A DNA stretch of 64,000 bases, from positions 131,626,001 through 131,690,000 of the forward strand of contig NC_043001.1 of assembly GCF_006345805.1 (NCBI RefSeq), in the 5' to 3' direction. A program made the translations under genes and the position numbers. Source of the stretch: Octopus sinensis. Lineage: Eukaryota. The first letter of the stretch is position 1; each line of letters begins with the position of its first letter. The notes beneath the pieces were generated by a model. It worked only from the letters and a program-made list of their open reading frames with translations. It was not told where the DNA came from and did not search any database. This document shows, one piece after another, positions 63,376-64,000 of the stretch.

Positions 63376-63795
63376 TTTATTCTTTTATTCTTTTACTTGT
63401 TTCAGTCATTTGACTGCGGCCATGCTGGAGAAACGCCTTTAGTCTAGCAAATCGACCCCGGGACTTATTCTTTGCAAGCCCAGTACTTATTCTATCGGTC
63501 TCTTTTGTCGAACCGCTAAGTTACAGGGACGTAAACACACCAGCATCGGTTGTCAAGCAATGCTAGGGGGACAAACACAGACACACAAACACACACACAA
63601 ACACACACATATATATATATATACATATGTACGACAGGCTTCTTTCAGTTTCCGTCTACCAAATCCACTCACAAGGCATTGGTCGGCCCGGGGCTATAGC
63701 AGAAGACACTTGCCCAAGCTGCCACGCAGTGGGACTGAACCCAGATCCATGTGGTTGGTTAGCAAGCTACTTACCACACAGCCACTCCTGCGCCT
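63376..63795 (-). mobile_element. SINE family A, full length
   Basis: Complete reverse-complement copy ending CAGCCACTCCTGCGCC. Confidence 0.92.
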
Positions 63796-64000
63796 ATATG
63801 TATGAAAACACATTACACCGTGAATGACGTCATTGGATCGTTGGACTCATGCGCTTCCGCGTTCTTTCTCGTCGCCAGCTACGAACATCAAAACGAATAA
63901 AAACGAATTCATTCTTATGATTACAACCGTATGCTGTTCTAATATTGGTAACAGGTGACATGCAGGAGCAGGAAATATAGCTTACGTACAATAATCATAA

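Overview
This is AT-rich, microsatellite-saturated eukaryotic DNA with one 100-N scaffold gap. The SINE families and repeat landscape point to a coleoid cephalopod, most likely Octopus (my recognition, not a database result). I cannot support any intact host gene. Nearly all long ORFs in the track are microsatellite artefacts, and only a few low-confidence minus-strand exon candidates remain. The window is mostly mobile DNA: about 40 tRNA-derived SINE copies from several families, a near full-length frameshifted R4/Dong-type RLE retrotransposon in (AAT)n, a Gypsy pol remnant, a Penelope-like (RT + GIY-YIG) remnant, RTE and CR1-type LINE ends (some precisely nested), a DD37D Tc1/mariner remnant, Helitron pieces and TTAA-flanked MITEs. 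There is also a recent 1.93-kb tandem duplication. The most striking signal is that at least five short repeat families with unrelated sequences each fold by eye into the same minimal type-I hammerhead ribozyme layout. Their stems differ but stay complementary, several have variant cores, two occur as divergent inverted pairs and one is fused behind a tRNA-like SINE head.
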